Assembly: GCA_964016885.1 (NCBI GenBank)
Contig: OZ024744.1
Span: 10,478,001 to 10,542,000 of the forward strand
DNA: 64,000 bases
Direction of reading: 5' to 3'
Source: Eledone cirrhosa
Lineage: Eukaryota
Part shown: positions 1 through 12,549 of the stretch, piece after piece
Numbering within the stretch: the stretch's first letter is position 1
How the letters are laid out: every line of letters begins with the position of its first letter
Notes under the pieces: model-generated
Told to the model about the DNA's origin: nothing
What the model saw: only the letters and a program-made list of their open reading frames with translations
Database searches by the model: none
Made by a program: the position numbers and the translations under genes

Positions 1-900
1 TGTTGTGTTTTTGTACTCCAATATGTTGTGTTGTTGTACTCCAATATGTTGTGTTGTTGTAATCCAATATATTGTGCTGTTATACTCCAATATGTTGTGT
101 TGTTGTACTCCAATATGTTGTGTTGTTATACTCCAATATGTTGTGTTGTGATACTCCAAAGTGTTGTGCTGTTGTACTCCAATATGTTGTGTTGTTTTAC
201 TCCAATAGGTTGCGTTGTTGTACTCCAATCTGTTGTGTTGTTATACTCCAAAATGTTATGTTGTTATACTCCAATATGGTGTGTTGTTTTACTCCAATAT
301 GTTGTGTTGTTGCAATCCAATATGTTTGTGTTGTTTTACTCCAATATGTTGTGTTGTTATACTCAAATATGTTGTGTTGTTGTACTCCAATATGGTGTGT
401 TGTTGTACTCCAATATGTTGTGTTGTTGTACTCCAATATGTTGTGTTGTTATACTCCAATATGTTGTGTTGGTGTACTCCAATATGTCGTGCTGTTGAAC
501 TCCAAATCTCGTGTTGTTATACTCCAATTTGTTGTGTTGTTATACTCCAATATGTTGTGTTGTTGTACTCCAATATGTTGTGTTGTTGTACTCCAATATG
601 TTGTGTTGTTGTACTCCAATATGTTGTGTTGTTGTACTCCAATATGTCATGTTATACTCCAATATGTCATGTTGTTTTACTCCAATATGTTGTGTTGTTG
701 CACTCCAATATGTCGTGTTGTTGTACTCCAATATGTTGTGTTGTTGTACTCCAATATGTTGTGTTGTTATACTCCAATATGCTGTGCTGTTGTACTCCAA
801 TATGTTGTGTTGTACTCCAATATGTTGTGTTGTTGTACTCCAATATATCATGTTGTCGTACTCCAATATGTCATGTTATACTCCAATATGTCGTTGTTAT
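1..900 (+). repeat. Higher-order block P, recurring at about 8,070-8,970 (offset 8,067), with its 5' part also at about 18,230-18,700 and 22,220-22,690
   Basis: ORFs 197..436 and 8264..8503, and 540..866 and 8607..8933, are identical. Shared rare variants include ccaaagtg, aataggttgcg, gcaatcc, tgtttgtg and actcaaat. ORFs 18424..18663 and 22416..22655 are near-identical to 197..436. Confidence 0.9.
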
Positions 901-1959
901 ACTCCAATATGTCATGTTGCTGTACTCCAATATGTCGTGTTGTTGTACTCCAATATGTTTTGATGTTGTATTCCAATATGTTGTGTTGTTGTACTCCAAT
1001 ATGTTGTGTTGTTATACTCCAATATGTTGTGCTGTTGTACTCCAATATGTCAGGTTGTTGTACTCCGATATTTCGTGTTGTTCTACTCCAATATTTCATG
1101 TTGTTTTACTCCAATATGTCGTGGTGTTGTACTCCAATATGTTTTGATGTTGTACTCCAATATGTCGTGTTGTTGTACTCCAATATGTTGTGTTGTTGAA
1201 CTCCAATATGCTGTGTTGTTATACTCCTATATGTTGTGTTGTTGTACTCCAATATGTTGTGTTGTACTCCAATATGTTGTGTTGTTATACTCCACAATGT
1301 TGTGTTGTTGTACTCCAATAGGTTGTGTTGTTGTACTCCAATATGTGATGTTGTTGTACTCCAATATGTCGTATTGTTGTACTCCAATATGTTGTGTTGT
1401 TATACTCCAATATTTCGTGTTGTTTTACTCCAATATGTCATGTTGTTGTACTCCAATATCTCGTGTTGTTGTACTCCAATATGTCATGGTGTTCTACTTC
1501 AATATGTCGTATTGTTGTACTCCAATATGTTGTGTTGTTGTTCTCCAATATGTCGTGTTGTTATACTCCAATATGTTATGATGTTGTACTCCAATATATT
1601 GTGTTGTTGTACTCCAATATGTTGTGCTGTTGTACTCCAATGTGTTATGTTGTTATACTCCAATATGTTGTGCTGTGATACTCCAATATGTTGTGTTGTT
1701 GTACTCCAATCTGTTGTGTTGTTATACTCCAATATGTTGTGTTGTTATACTCCAATATGTTATGTTGTTTTACTCCAATATGTTGTGTTGTTGTACTCCA
1801 ATATGTTGTGTTGTTGTACTCCAATATGTTGTGTTGTTGTAATCCAATATGTTGTGTTGTTATACTCCAATATGTTGTGTTGTTGTTCTCCAATATGTCG
1901 TGATGTTATACTCCAATATGTTGTGTTATGATACTCCAATATGTTGTGCTGTTGTACTC

Positions 1960-2600
1960 CAATATGTTGTGTTGTTATACTGCAATATGTAGTGTTGTTA
2001 TACTCCAATATGTTGTGTTGTTGTACTCCAATCTGTTGTGTTGTTATACTCCAATATGTTGTGTTGTTATACTCCAATATGTAGTGTTGTTATACTCCAA
2101 TATGTTGTGTTGTTGTACTCCAATCTGTTGTGTTGTTATACTCCAATATGTTGTGTTGTTATACTCCAATATGTTGTGTTGTTTTACTCCAATATGTTGT
2201 GTTGCTGTACTCCAATATGTTGTGTTGTTGTACTCCAATATGTTGTGCTGCTGTACTCCAATATATTGTGTTATACTCCAATATGTTGTGTTGTTGTACT
2301 CCAATATGTTGTGTTGTTGTAATCCAAAATGTTGTGTTGTTATACTCCAATATGTTGTGTTGTAATACTCCAATATGTTGTGCTCCAATATGTTGTGTTA
2401 TACTCCAATGTGTTGTGTTCTTGTACTCCAATATGAAGTGTTGTAATACTCCAATATGTAGTGCTGTTGTTATACTCCAATATGTTGTGTTATAATCCAA
2501 TGTGTTGTGTTGTTGTACTCCAATCTGTTGTGTTGTTATACTCCAATCTGTTGTGTTGTTATACTGCAATATGTTGTGTTGTTATACTCCAATATGTTGT
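1960..2600 (+). repeat. Higher-order block Q (15-bp monomer plus atgaagtg variant), five copies with markers near 2,380, 4,020, 7,830, 17,970 and 21,960
   Basis: Near-identical ORFs 2159..2569, 3796..4206, 7609..8019, 17746..18156 and 21738..22148. The diagnostic strings ctccaatatgttgtgctccaat and atatgaagtgttgtaatact occur in each copy. Confidence 0.92.
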
Positions 2601-4280
2601 GTTGTTGTACTCCAATATGTTGTGTTGTTGTAATCCAATATCTTGTGTTGTTATACTCCAATATGTTGTGTTGTTATATTCCAATATGTTGTGTTGTGAT
2701 ACTCCAATATGTTGTGCTGTTGTACTCCAATATGTTGAGTTGTTATACTCCAATATGTAGTGTTGTTATACTCCAATATGTTGTGTTGTTGTACTCCAAT
2801 CTGTTGTGTTATACTCCAATATGTTGTGTTGTTATACTCCAATATGTTGTGTTGTTATACTCCAATATGTTGTGTTGTTTTACTCCAATATGTTGTGTTG
2901 TTGTACTCCAATATGTTGTATTGTTGATCTCCAATAAGTTGTGTTCTTGTACTCCAATATATTGTGTTGTTGTACTCCAATATGTTGTGTTTTTGCAATC
3001 CAATATTTAATGTTGTTGTACTCCAATATGTCTTGTTATATTCCAATATGTCGTGTTGTTGTACTCCAATATGTCATGTTGTTGTACTCCAATATTTCTT
3101 GTTGTTGTACCCCAATATGTCGTGTTGATTATACTCCAATTTTTGTTGCTGTTGTACTCCAATATGTTGTGTTGTTGTACTCCAATATGTTGTGTTGTTG
3201 TACTCCAATATGTTGTGTTGTTATTCTCCAATATATTGTGCTGTTGTACTCCAATGTGTTATGTTGTTATACTCCAATATGTTGTGCTGTGATACTCCAA
3301 TATGTTGTGTTGTTGTACTCCAATCTGTTGTGTTGTTATACTCCAATATGTTGTGTTGTTATACTCCAATATGTTATGTTGTTTTACTCCAATATGTTGT
3401 GTTGTTGTACTCCAATATGTTGTGTTGTTGTACTCCAATATGTTGTGTTGTTGTAATCCAATATCTTGTGTTGTTATACTCCAATATGTTGTGTTGTTGT
3501 ACTCCAATATGTTGTGTTGTTGTTCTCCAATATGTCGTGTTGTTATACTCCAATATGTTGTGTTATGATACTCCAATATGTTGTGCTGTTGTACTCCAAT
3601 ATGTTGTGTTGTTATACTCCAAGATGTAGTGTTGTTATACTCCAATATGTTGTGTTGTTGTACTCCAATATGTTGTGTTGTTATACTCCAATATGTTGTG
3701 TTGTTATACTCCAATATGTAGTGTTGTTATACTCCAATATGTTGTGTTGTTGTACTCCAATCTGTTGTGTTGTTATACTCCAATATGTTGTGTTGTTATA
3801 CCCCAATATGTTGTGTTGTTTTACTCCAATATGTTGTGTTGCCATACTCCAATATGTTGTGTTGTTGTACTCCAATATGTTGTGCTGCTGTACTCCAATA
3901 TATTGTGTTATACTCCAATATGTTGTGTTGTTGTACTCCAATATGTTGTGTTGTTGTAATCCAAAATGTTGTGTTGTTATACTCCAATATGTTGTGTTGT
4001 AAAACTCCAATATGTTGTGCTCCAATATGTTGTGTTATACTCCAATGTGTTGTGTTCTTGTACTCCAATATGAAGTGTTGTAATACTCCAATATGTAGTG
4101 CTGTTGTTATACTCCAATATGTTGTGTTATAATCCAATGTGTTGTGTTGTTGTACTCCAATCTGTTGTGTTGTTATACTCCAATCTGTTGTGTTGTTATA
4201 CTGCAATATGTTGTGTTGTTATACTCCAATATGTTGTGTTGTTATACTCCAAGATGTTGTGCTGTGATACTCTAATATGT
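2600..4280 (+). repeat. About 1.7-kb segment duplicated at about 6,390-8,095 (offset 3,790, then 3,813 after a one-monomer indel)
   Basis: ORF pairs 2855..3046/6645..6836 (offset 3,790), and 3259..3714/7072..7527 and 3466..4002/7279..7815 (offset 3,813). Shared private variants include ataccccaat, gccatac and gtaaaactcc. Confidence 0.9.
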
Positions 4281-7200
4281 TGTGTTTTTGTACTCCAATA
4301 TGTTGTGTTGTTGTACTCCAATATGTTGTGTTGTTATACTCCAATATGCTGTGCTGTTGTACTCCAATATGTTGTGTTGTACTCCAATATGTTGTGTTGT
4401 TGTACTCCAATATATCATGTTGTCGTACTCCAATATGTCATGTTATACTCCAATATGTCGTTGTTATACTCCAATATGTCATGTTGCTGTACTCCAATAT
4501 GTCGTGTTGTTGTACTCCAATATGTTTTGATGTTGTACTCCAATATGTTGTGTTGTTGTACTCCAATATGTTGTGTTGTTATACTCCAATATGTTGTGCT
4601 GTTGTACTCCAATATGTCAGGTTGTTGTACTCCGATATTTCGTGTTGTTCTACTCCAATATTTCATGTTGTTTTACTCCAATATGTCGTGGTGTTGTACT
4701 CCAATATGTTTTGATGTTGTACTCCAATATGTCGTGTTGTTGTGCTCCAATATGTTGTGTTGTTGAATCCAATATGCTGTGTTGTTATACTCCTATATGT
4801 TGTGTTGTTGTACTCCAATATGTTGTGTTGTACTCCAATATGTTGTGTTGTTATACTCCACAATGTTGTGTTGTTGTACTCCAATAGGTTGTGTTGCTGT
4901 ACTCCAATATGTTGTGTTGTTGTTCTCCAATATGTCGTGTTGTTATACTCCAATATGTTGTGTTATTGTACTCCAATATGTTGTGTTGTTATAATCCAAT
5001 ATGCTGTGCTGTTGTACTCCAATATGTTATGTTATACTCCAATATGTTGTGTTGTTGTACTCCAATATATCATGTTGTCGTACTCCAATATGTCATGTTA
5101 TACTCCAATATGTCGTTGTTATACTCCAATATGTCGTGTTGCTGTACTCCAATATGCCGCGCTGTTGTACTCCAATATGTTTTGATGTTGTACTCCAATA
5201 TGTTGTGTTGTTGTACTCCAATATGTTGTGTTGTTGTACTCCAATATGTTGTGTTGTTATACTCCAATATGTTGTGCTGTTGTACTCCAATATGTCAGGT
5301 TGTTGTACTCCGATATTTCGTGTTGTTCTACTCCAATATTTCGTGTTGTTTTACTCCAATACGTCGTGGTGTTGTACTCCAATATGTTTTGATGTTGTAC
5401 TCCAATATGTCGTGTTGTTGTACTCCAATATGTTGTGTTGTTGAACTCCAATATGCTGTGTTGTTATACTCCTAAATGTTGTGTTGTTGTACTCCAATAT
5501 GTTGTGTTGTACTCCAATATGTTGTGTTGTTACACTCCACAATGTTGTGTTGTTGTACTCCAAAATGTGATGTTGTTGTACTCCAATATGTCGTATTGTT
5601 GTACTCCAATATGTTGTGTTGTTATACTCCAATATTTCGTGTTGTTTTACTCCAATATGTCATGTTGTTGTACTCCAATATTTCGTGTTGTTGTACTCCA
5701 ATATGTCATGGTGTTGTACTTCAATATGTCGTATTGTTGTACTCCAGTATGTTGTGTTGTTGTTCTCCAATATGTCGTGTTGTTATACTCCAATATGTTA
5801 TGATGTTGTACTCCAATATATTGTGTTGTTGTACTCCAATATGTTGTGTTGTTATACTCCAATATGTTGTGTTATTTTACTCCAATATGTTGTGTTGTTG
5901 TACTCCAATATGTTGTGTTGTTGTACTCCAATATGTTGTGTTGTTGTACTCCAATATGTTGTGTTGTTGTAATCCAATATCTTGTGTTGTTGTTCTCCAA
6001 TATGTTGTGTTGTTATACTCCAATATGTCGTGTTGTGATACTCCAATATGTTGTGCTGTTGTACTCCAATGTGTTGTTGTTGTACTCCAATATGTTGCGT
6101 TGTTGTACTCCAATATATCATGTTGTCGTACTCCAATATGTCATGTTATACTCCAATATGTTTTGATGCTGTACTCCAATATGTTGTGTTGTTGTACTAC
6201 AATATGTTGTGTTGTTGAACTCCAATATGTTGTTTTTTGTACTCCAATATGTCATGTTGTTGTACTCCAGTATGTCTTGTTATACTCCAATATGTCGTGT
6301 TGCTGTACTCCAATATGTCATGATGTTGTACTCCAATATGTTTTGCTGTTGTACTCCAATATGTTGTGTTGCTGTACTCCAATATGTTGTGTTGTTGTAC
6401 TCCAATATGTTGTGTTGTTGTAATCCAATAACTTGTGTTGTTATACTCCAATATGTTGTGTTGTTATACTCCAATATGTTGTGTTGTGATACTCCAATAT
6501 GTTGTGCTGTTGTACTCCAATATGTTGAGTTGTTATACTCCAATATGTAGTGTTGTTATACTCCAATATGTTGTGTTGTTGTACTCCAATCTGTTGTGTT
6601 ATACTCCAATATGTTGTGTTGTTATACTCCAATATGTTGTGTTGTTATACTCCAATATGTTGTGTTGTTTTACTCCAATATGTTGTGTTGTTGTACTCCA
6701 ATATGTTATATTGTTGATCTCCAATAAGTTGTGTTCTTGTACTCCAATATATTGTGTTGTTGTACTCCAATATGTTGTGTTTTTGCAATCCAATATTTAA
6801 TGTTGTTGTACTCCAATATGTCTTGTTATATTCCAATATGTCGTGTTGTTGTACTCCAATATGTCATGTTGTTGTACTCCAATATTTCTTGTTGTTGTAC
6901 CCCAATATGTCGTGTTGATTATACTCCAATTTTTGTTGCTGTTGTACTCCAATATGTTGTGTTGTTGTACTCCAATATGTTGTGTTGTTGTACTCCAATA
7001 TGTTGTGTTGTTGTACTCCAATATGTTGTGTTGTTATTCTCCAATATGTTGTGCTGTTGTACTCCAATGTGTTATGTTGTTATACTCCAATATGTTGTGC
7101 TGTGATACTCCAATATGTTGTGTTGTTGTACTCCAATCTGTTGTGTTGTTATACTCCAATATGTTGTGTTGTTATACTCCAATATGTTATGTTGTTTTAC

Positions 7201-10200
7201 TCCAATATGTTGTGTTGTTGTACTCCAATATGTTGTGTTGTTGTACTCCAATATGTTGTGTTGTTGTAATCCAATATCTTGTGTTGTTATACTCCAATAT
7301 GTTGTGTTGTTGTACTCCAATATGTTGTGTTGTTGTTCTCCAATATGTCGTGTTGTTATACTCCAATATGTTGTGTTATGATACTCCAATATGTTGTGCT
7401 GTTGTACTCCAATATGTTGTGTTGTTATACTCCAAGATGTAGTGTTGTTATACTCCAATATGTTGTGTTGTTGTACTCCAATATGTTGTGTTGTTATACT
7501 CCAATATGTTGTGTTGTTATACTCCAATATGTAGTGTTGTTATACTCCAATATGTTGTGTTGTTGTACTCCAATCTGTTGTGTTGTTATACTCCAATATG
7601 TTGTGTTGTTATACCCCAATATGTTGTGTTGTTTTACTCCAATATGTTGTGTTGCCATACTCCAATATGTTGTGTTGTTGTACTCCAATATGTTGTGCTG
7701 CTGTACTCCAATATATTGTGTTATACTCCAATATGTTGTGTTGTTGTACTCCAATATGTTGTGTTGTTGTAATCCAAAATGTTGTGTTGTTATACTCCAA
7801 TATGTTGTGTTGTAAAACTCCAATATGTTGTGCTCCAATATGTTGTGTTATACTCCAATGTGTTGTGTTCTTGTACTCCAATATGAAGTGTTGTAATACT
7901 CCAATATGTAGTGCTGTTGTTATACTCCAATATGTTGTGTTATAATCCAATGTGTTGTGTTGTTGTACTCCAATCTGTTGTGTTGTTATACTCCAATCTG
8001 TTGTGTTGTTATACTGCAATATGTTGTGTTGTTATACTCCAATATGTTGTGTTGTTATACTCCAAGATGTTGTGCTGTGATACTCTAATATGTTGTGTTG
8101 TTTTACTCCAATAGGTTGTGTTGTTGTAATCCAATATATTGTGCTGTTATACTCCAATATATTGTGTTGTTGTACTCCAATATGTTGTGTTGTTATACTC
8201 CAATATGTTGTGTTGTGATACTCCAAAGTGTTGTGCTGTTGTACTCCAATATGTTGTGTTGTTTTACTCCAATAGGTTGCGTTGTTGTACTCCAATCTGT
8301 TGTGTTGTTATACTCCAAAATGTTATGTTGTTATACTCCAATATGGTGTGTTGTTTTACTCCAATATGTTGTGTTGTTGCAATCCAATATGTTTGTGTTG
8401 TTTTACTCCAATATGTTGTGTTGTTATACTCAAATATGTTGTGTTGTTGTACTCCAATATGGTGTGTTGTTGTACTCCAATATGTTGTGTTGTTGTACTC
8501 CAATATGTTGTGTTGTTATACTCCAATATGTTGTGTTGGTGTACTCCAATATGTCGTGCTGTTGAACTCCAAATCTCGTGTTGTTATACTCCAATTTGTT
8601 GTGTTGTTATACTCCAATATGTTGTGTTGTTGTACTCCAATATGTTGTGTTGTTGTACTCCAATATGTTGTGTTGTTGTACTCCAATATGTTGTGTTGTT
8701 GTACTCCAATATGTCATGTTATACTCCAATATGTCATGTTGTTTTACTCCAATATGTTGTGTTGTTGCACTCCAATATGTCGTGTTGTTGTACTCCAATA
8801 TGTTGTGTTGTTGTACTCCAATATGTTGTGTTGTTATACTCCAATATGCTGTGCTGTTGTACTCCAATATGTTGTGTTGTACTCCAATATGTTGTGTTGT
8901 TGTACTCCAATATATCATGTTGTCGTACTCCAATATGTCATGTTATACTCCAATATGTCGTTGTTATACTCCAATATGTTATGATGTTGTACTCCAATAT
9001 ATTGTGTTGTTGTACTCCAATATGTTGTGTTGTTGTATTCAATACGCTGTGTTGTTGTACTCCAATATGTTGTGTTGTTGTACTCCAATATGTTGTGTTG
9101 TTATACTCCAATATGTATTGTTGTTGTAATCCAATATGTTGTGTTGTTGTACTCCAATATATAGTGTTGTTGTACTCCAATATGTTGTGTTGTTGTACTC
9201 CGATATGTTGTGCTGTTGTACTCCAATATGTTGTGTTATTGTACTCCAATATGTTGTGTTGTTGTACTCCAATACGTTATGTTGTTGTACTGCAATATTT
9301 AGTGCTGTTATACTCCAATATGTTATGTTGTTATACTCCAAAAAGTTTTGTTGTTTTACTCCAATATGTTGTGTTGTTATACTCCAGTATGTTGTGTTGT
9401 TGTACTCCAATATGTTGTGCTGTTGTACTCCAATATGTCAGGTTGTTGTACTCCGATATTTCGTGTTGTTCTACTCCAATATTTCGTGTTGTTTTACTCC
9501 AATATGTCGTGGTGTTGTACTCCAATATGTTTTGATGTTGTACTCCAATATGTCGTGTTGTTGTACTCCAATATGTTGTGTTGTTGAACTCCAATATGCT
9601 GTGTTGTTATACTCCTAAATGTTGTGTTGTTGTACTCCAATATGTTGTGTTGTACTCCAATATGTTGTGTTGTTACACTCCACAATGTTGTGTTGTTGTA
9701 CTCCAAAATGTGATGTTGCTGTACTCCAATATGTCGTATTGTTGTACTCCAATATGTTGTGTTGTTATACTCCAATATTTCGTGTTGTTTTACTCCAATA
9801 TGTCATGTTGTTGTACTCCAATATTTCGTGTTGTTGTACTCCAATATGTCATGGTGTTGTACTTCAATATGTCGTATTGTTGTACTCCAGTATGTTGTGT
9901 TGTTGTTCTCCAATATGTCGTGTTGTTATACTCCAATATGTTATGATGTTGTACTCCAATATATTGTGTTGTTGTACTCCAATATGTTGTGTTGCTGTAG
10001 TCCAATATGTTTTGTCGTTGTACTCCAATATGTTGTGTTGTTATACTCCAATATGTTGTGTTATTTTGCTCCAATATGTTGTGTTGTTGTACTCCAATAT
10101 GTTGTGTTGTTGTAATCCAATATCTTGTGTTGTTATACTCCAATATGTTGTGTTGTTGTACTCCAATATGTTGTGTTGTTGTTCTCCAATATGTTGTGTT

Positions 10201-12549
10201 GTTATACTCCAATATGTTGTGTTGTGATACTCCAATATGTTGTGCTGTTGTACTCCAATATGTTGTGTTGTTGTACTGCAATATTTAGTGCTGTTATACT
10301 CCAATATGTTGTGTTGTTATACTCCAATATGTTGTGTTATTTTACTCCAATATGTTGTGTTGTTGTACTCCAATATGTTGTGTTGTTGTACTGCAATATG
10401 TTATGTTGTTGTACTCCAATATGTAGTGCTGGTGTACTCTAATATGTTGTGTTGGTGTACTCCAATATGTTGTGTTGTTATACTCCAATATGGTGTGTTG
10501 TTGTACTCCAATATGTTGTGTTGTTGTTCTCCAATATGTTGTGTTGTTATACTCCAATATGGTGTATTGTTGTACTCCAATATGTTGTATTGTTGTTCTC
10601 CAATATGTTATGTTATACTCCAATATGTTGTGTTCGTGTACTCCAATATTTTGTGATATTGTACGCCAATATGTTGTGTTGTTGTACTCCAATATGTTGT
10701 GTTGTTATACTCCAATATGTTGTGTTGTTGTACTCCAATATGTTGTTGTACTCCAACATGTTGTGTTGTTGTACTCCAATATGTTGTTGTACTCCAACAT
10801 GTTGTGTTGTTGTACTCCAATATGTAGTGTTGTTGTAATCCAATATGTTGTGTTGTTGTACTCCAATATATAGTGCTGTTGTACTCCAATATGTTGTGTT
10901 GTTGTACTCCAATATGTTGTGCTGTTGTACTCCAATATGTTGTGTTGTTATACTCCAATATGTTGTGTTGTTATACTCCAATAAGTTGTGTTGTTTTACT
11001 CCAATATGTTGTGTTGTTATACTCCAGTATGTTGTGTTGTTGTACTCCAATATGTTGTGTTGTTATACTCCAATATGTTGTGTTATATTACTCCAATATG
11101 TTGTGTTGTTGTACTCCAATATGTTGTGTTGTTGTACTCCAATATGTTGTGTTGTTGTAATCCAATAACTTGTGTTGTTATACTCCAATATGTTGTGTTG
11201 TTGTACTCCAATATGTTGTGTTGTTGTTCTCCAATATGTTGTGTTGTTATACTCCAATATGTTGTGTTGTGATATTCCAATATGTTGTGCTGTTGTACTC
11301 CAATATTTTGAGTTGTTATACTCCAATATGTAGTGTTGTTATACGCCAATATGTTGTGTTGTTGTACTCCAATCTGTTGTGTTATACTCCAATATGTTGT
11401 GTTGTTATACTCCAATATGTTGTGTTGTTATACTCCAATATGTTGTGTTGTTTTACTCCAATATGTTGTGCTGTTGAACTCCAATATGTTGTATTGTTGA
11501 TCTCCAATATGTCATGTTATACTCCAATAAGTTGTGTTCTTTTACTCCAATATGTTTTGTTGTTGTACTCCAATATGTTGTGTTGTTGTACTCCAATATA
11601 TCATGTTGTCGTACTCCAATATGTCGTTGTTATACTCCAATATGTCATGTTGTTGTACTACAATATGTCGTGTTGTTGTACTCCAATATGTTTTGATGCT
11701 GTACTCCAATATGTTGTGTTGTTGTACTCCAATATGTTGTGTTGTTATACTCCAATATGTTGTGCTGTTGTACTCCAATATGTCATGTTGTCCTCCGATA
11801 TTTCGTGTTATTGTACTCCAATATTTCGTGTTGTTGTACTCCAATATGTTGTGTTTTTGTACTCCAATATGTTTTGATGTTGTACTCCAATATGTTGTGT
11901 TGTTGTACTCCAATATGTTGTGTTGTTATACTCCAATATGCTGTGTTGTTATACTCCTATATGTTGTGCTGTTGTACTCCAATATGTTGTGTTGTACTCC
12001 AATATGTTGTTTTGTTATACTCCAATATGTTGTGTTGTTGTACTCCAATATGTTGTGTTGTTGTACTCCAATATGTGATGTTGTTGTACTCCAATATGTC
12101 GTGATGTTGTACTCCAATATGTTGTGTTGTTATACTCCAATATTTCGTGTTGTTTTACTCCAATATGTCATGTTGTTGTACTCCAATATTTCGTGTTGCT
12201 GTACTCCAATATGTCATGGTGTTGTACTTCAATATGTCGTATTGTTGTACTCCAATATGTTGTGTTGTTGTTCTCCAATATGTCGTGTTGTTATACTCCA
12301 ATATGTTATGATGTTGGACTCCAATATATTGTGTTGTTGTACTCCAATATGTTGTGTTTTTGTAATCCAATATGTAATGTTGTTATACTCCAATATGTCT
12401 TGTTATAGTCCAATATGTCGTGTTGTTGTACTCCAATATGTCATGTTGTTGTACTCCAATATTTCGTGTTGTTGTACCCCAATATGTCGTGTTGATTATA
12501 CTCCAATTTTTGTTGCTGTTGTACTCCAATATGTTGTGTTGTTGTACTC

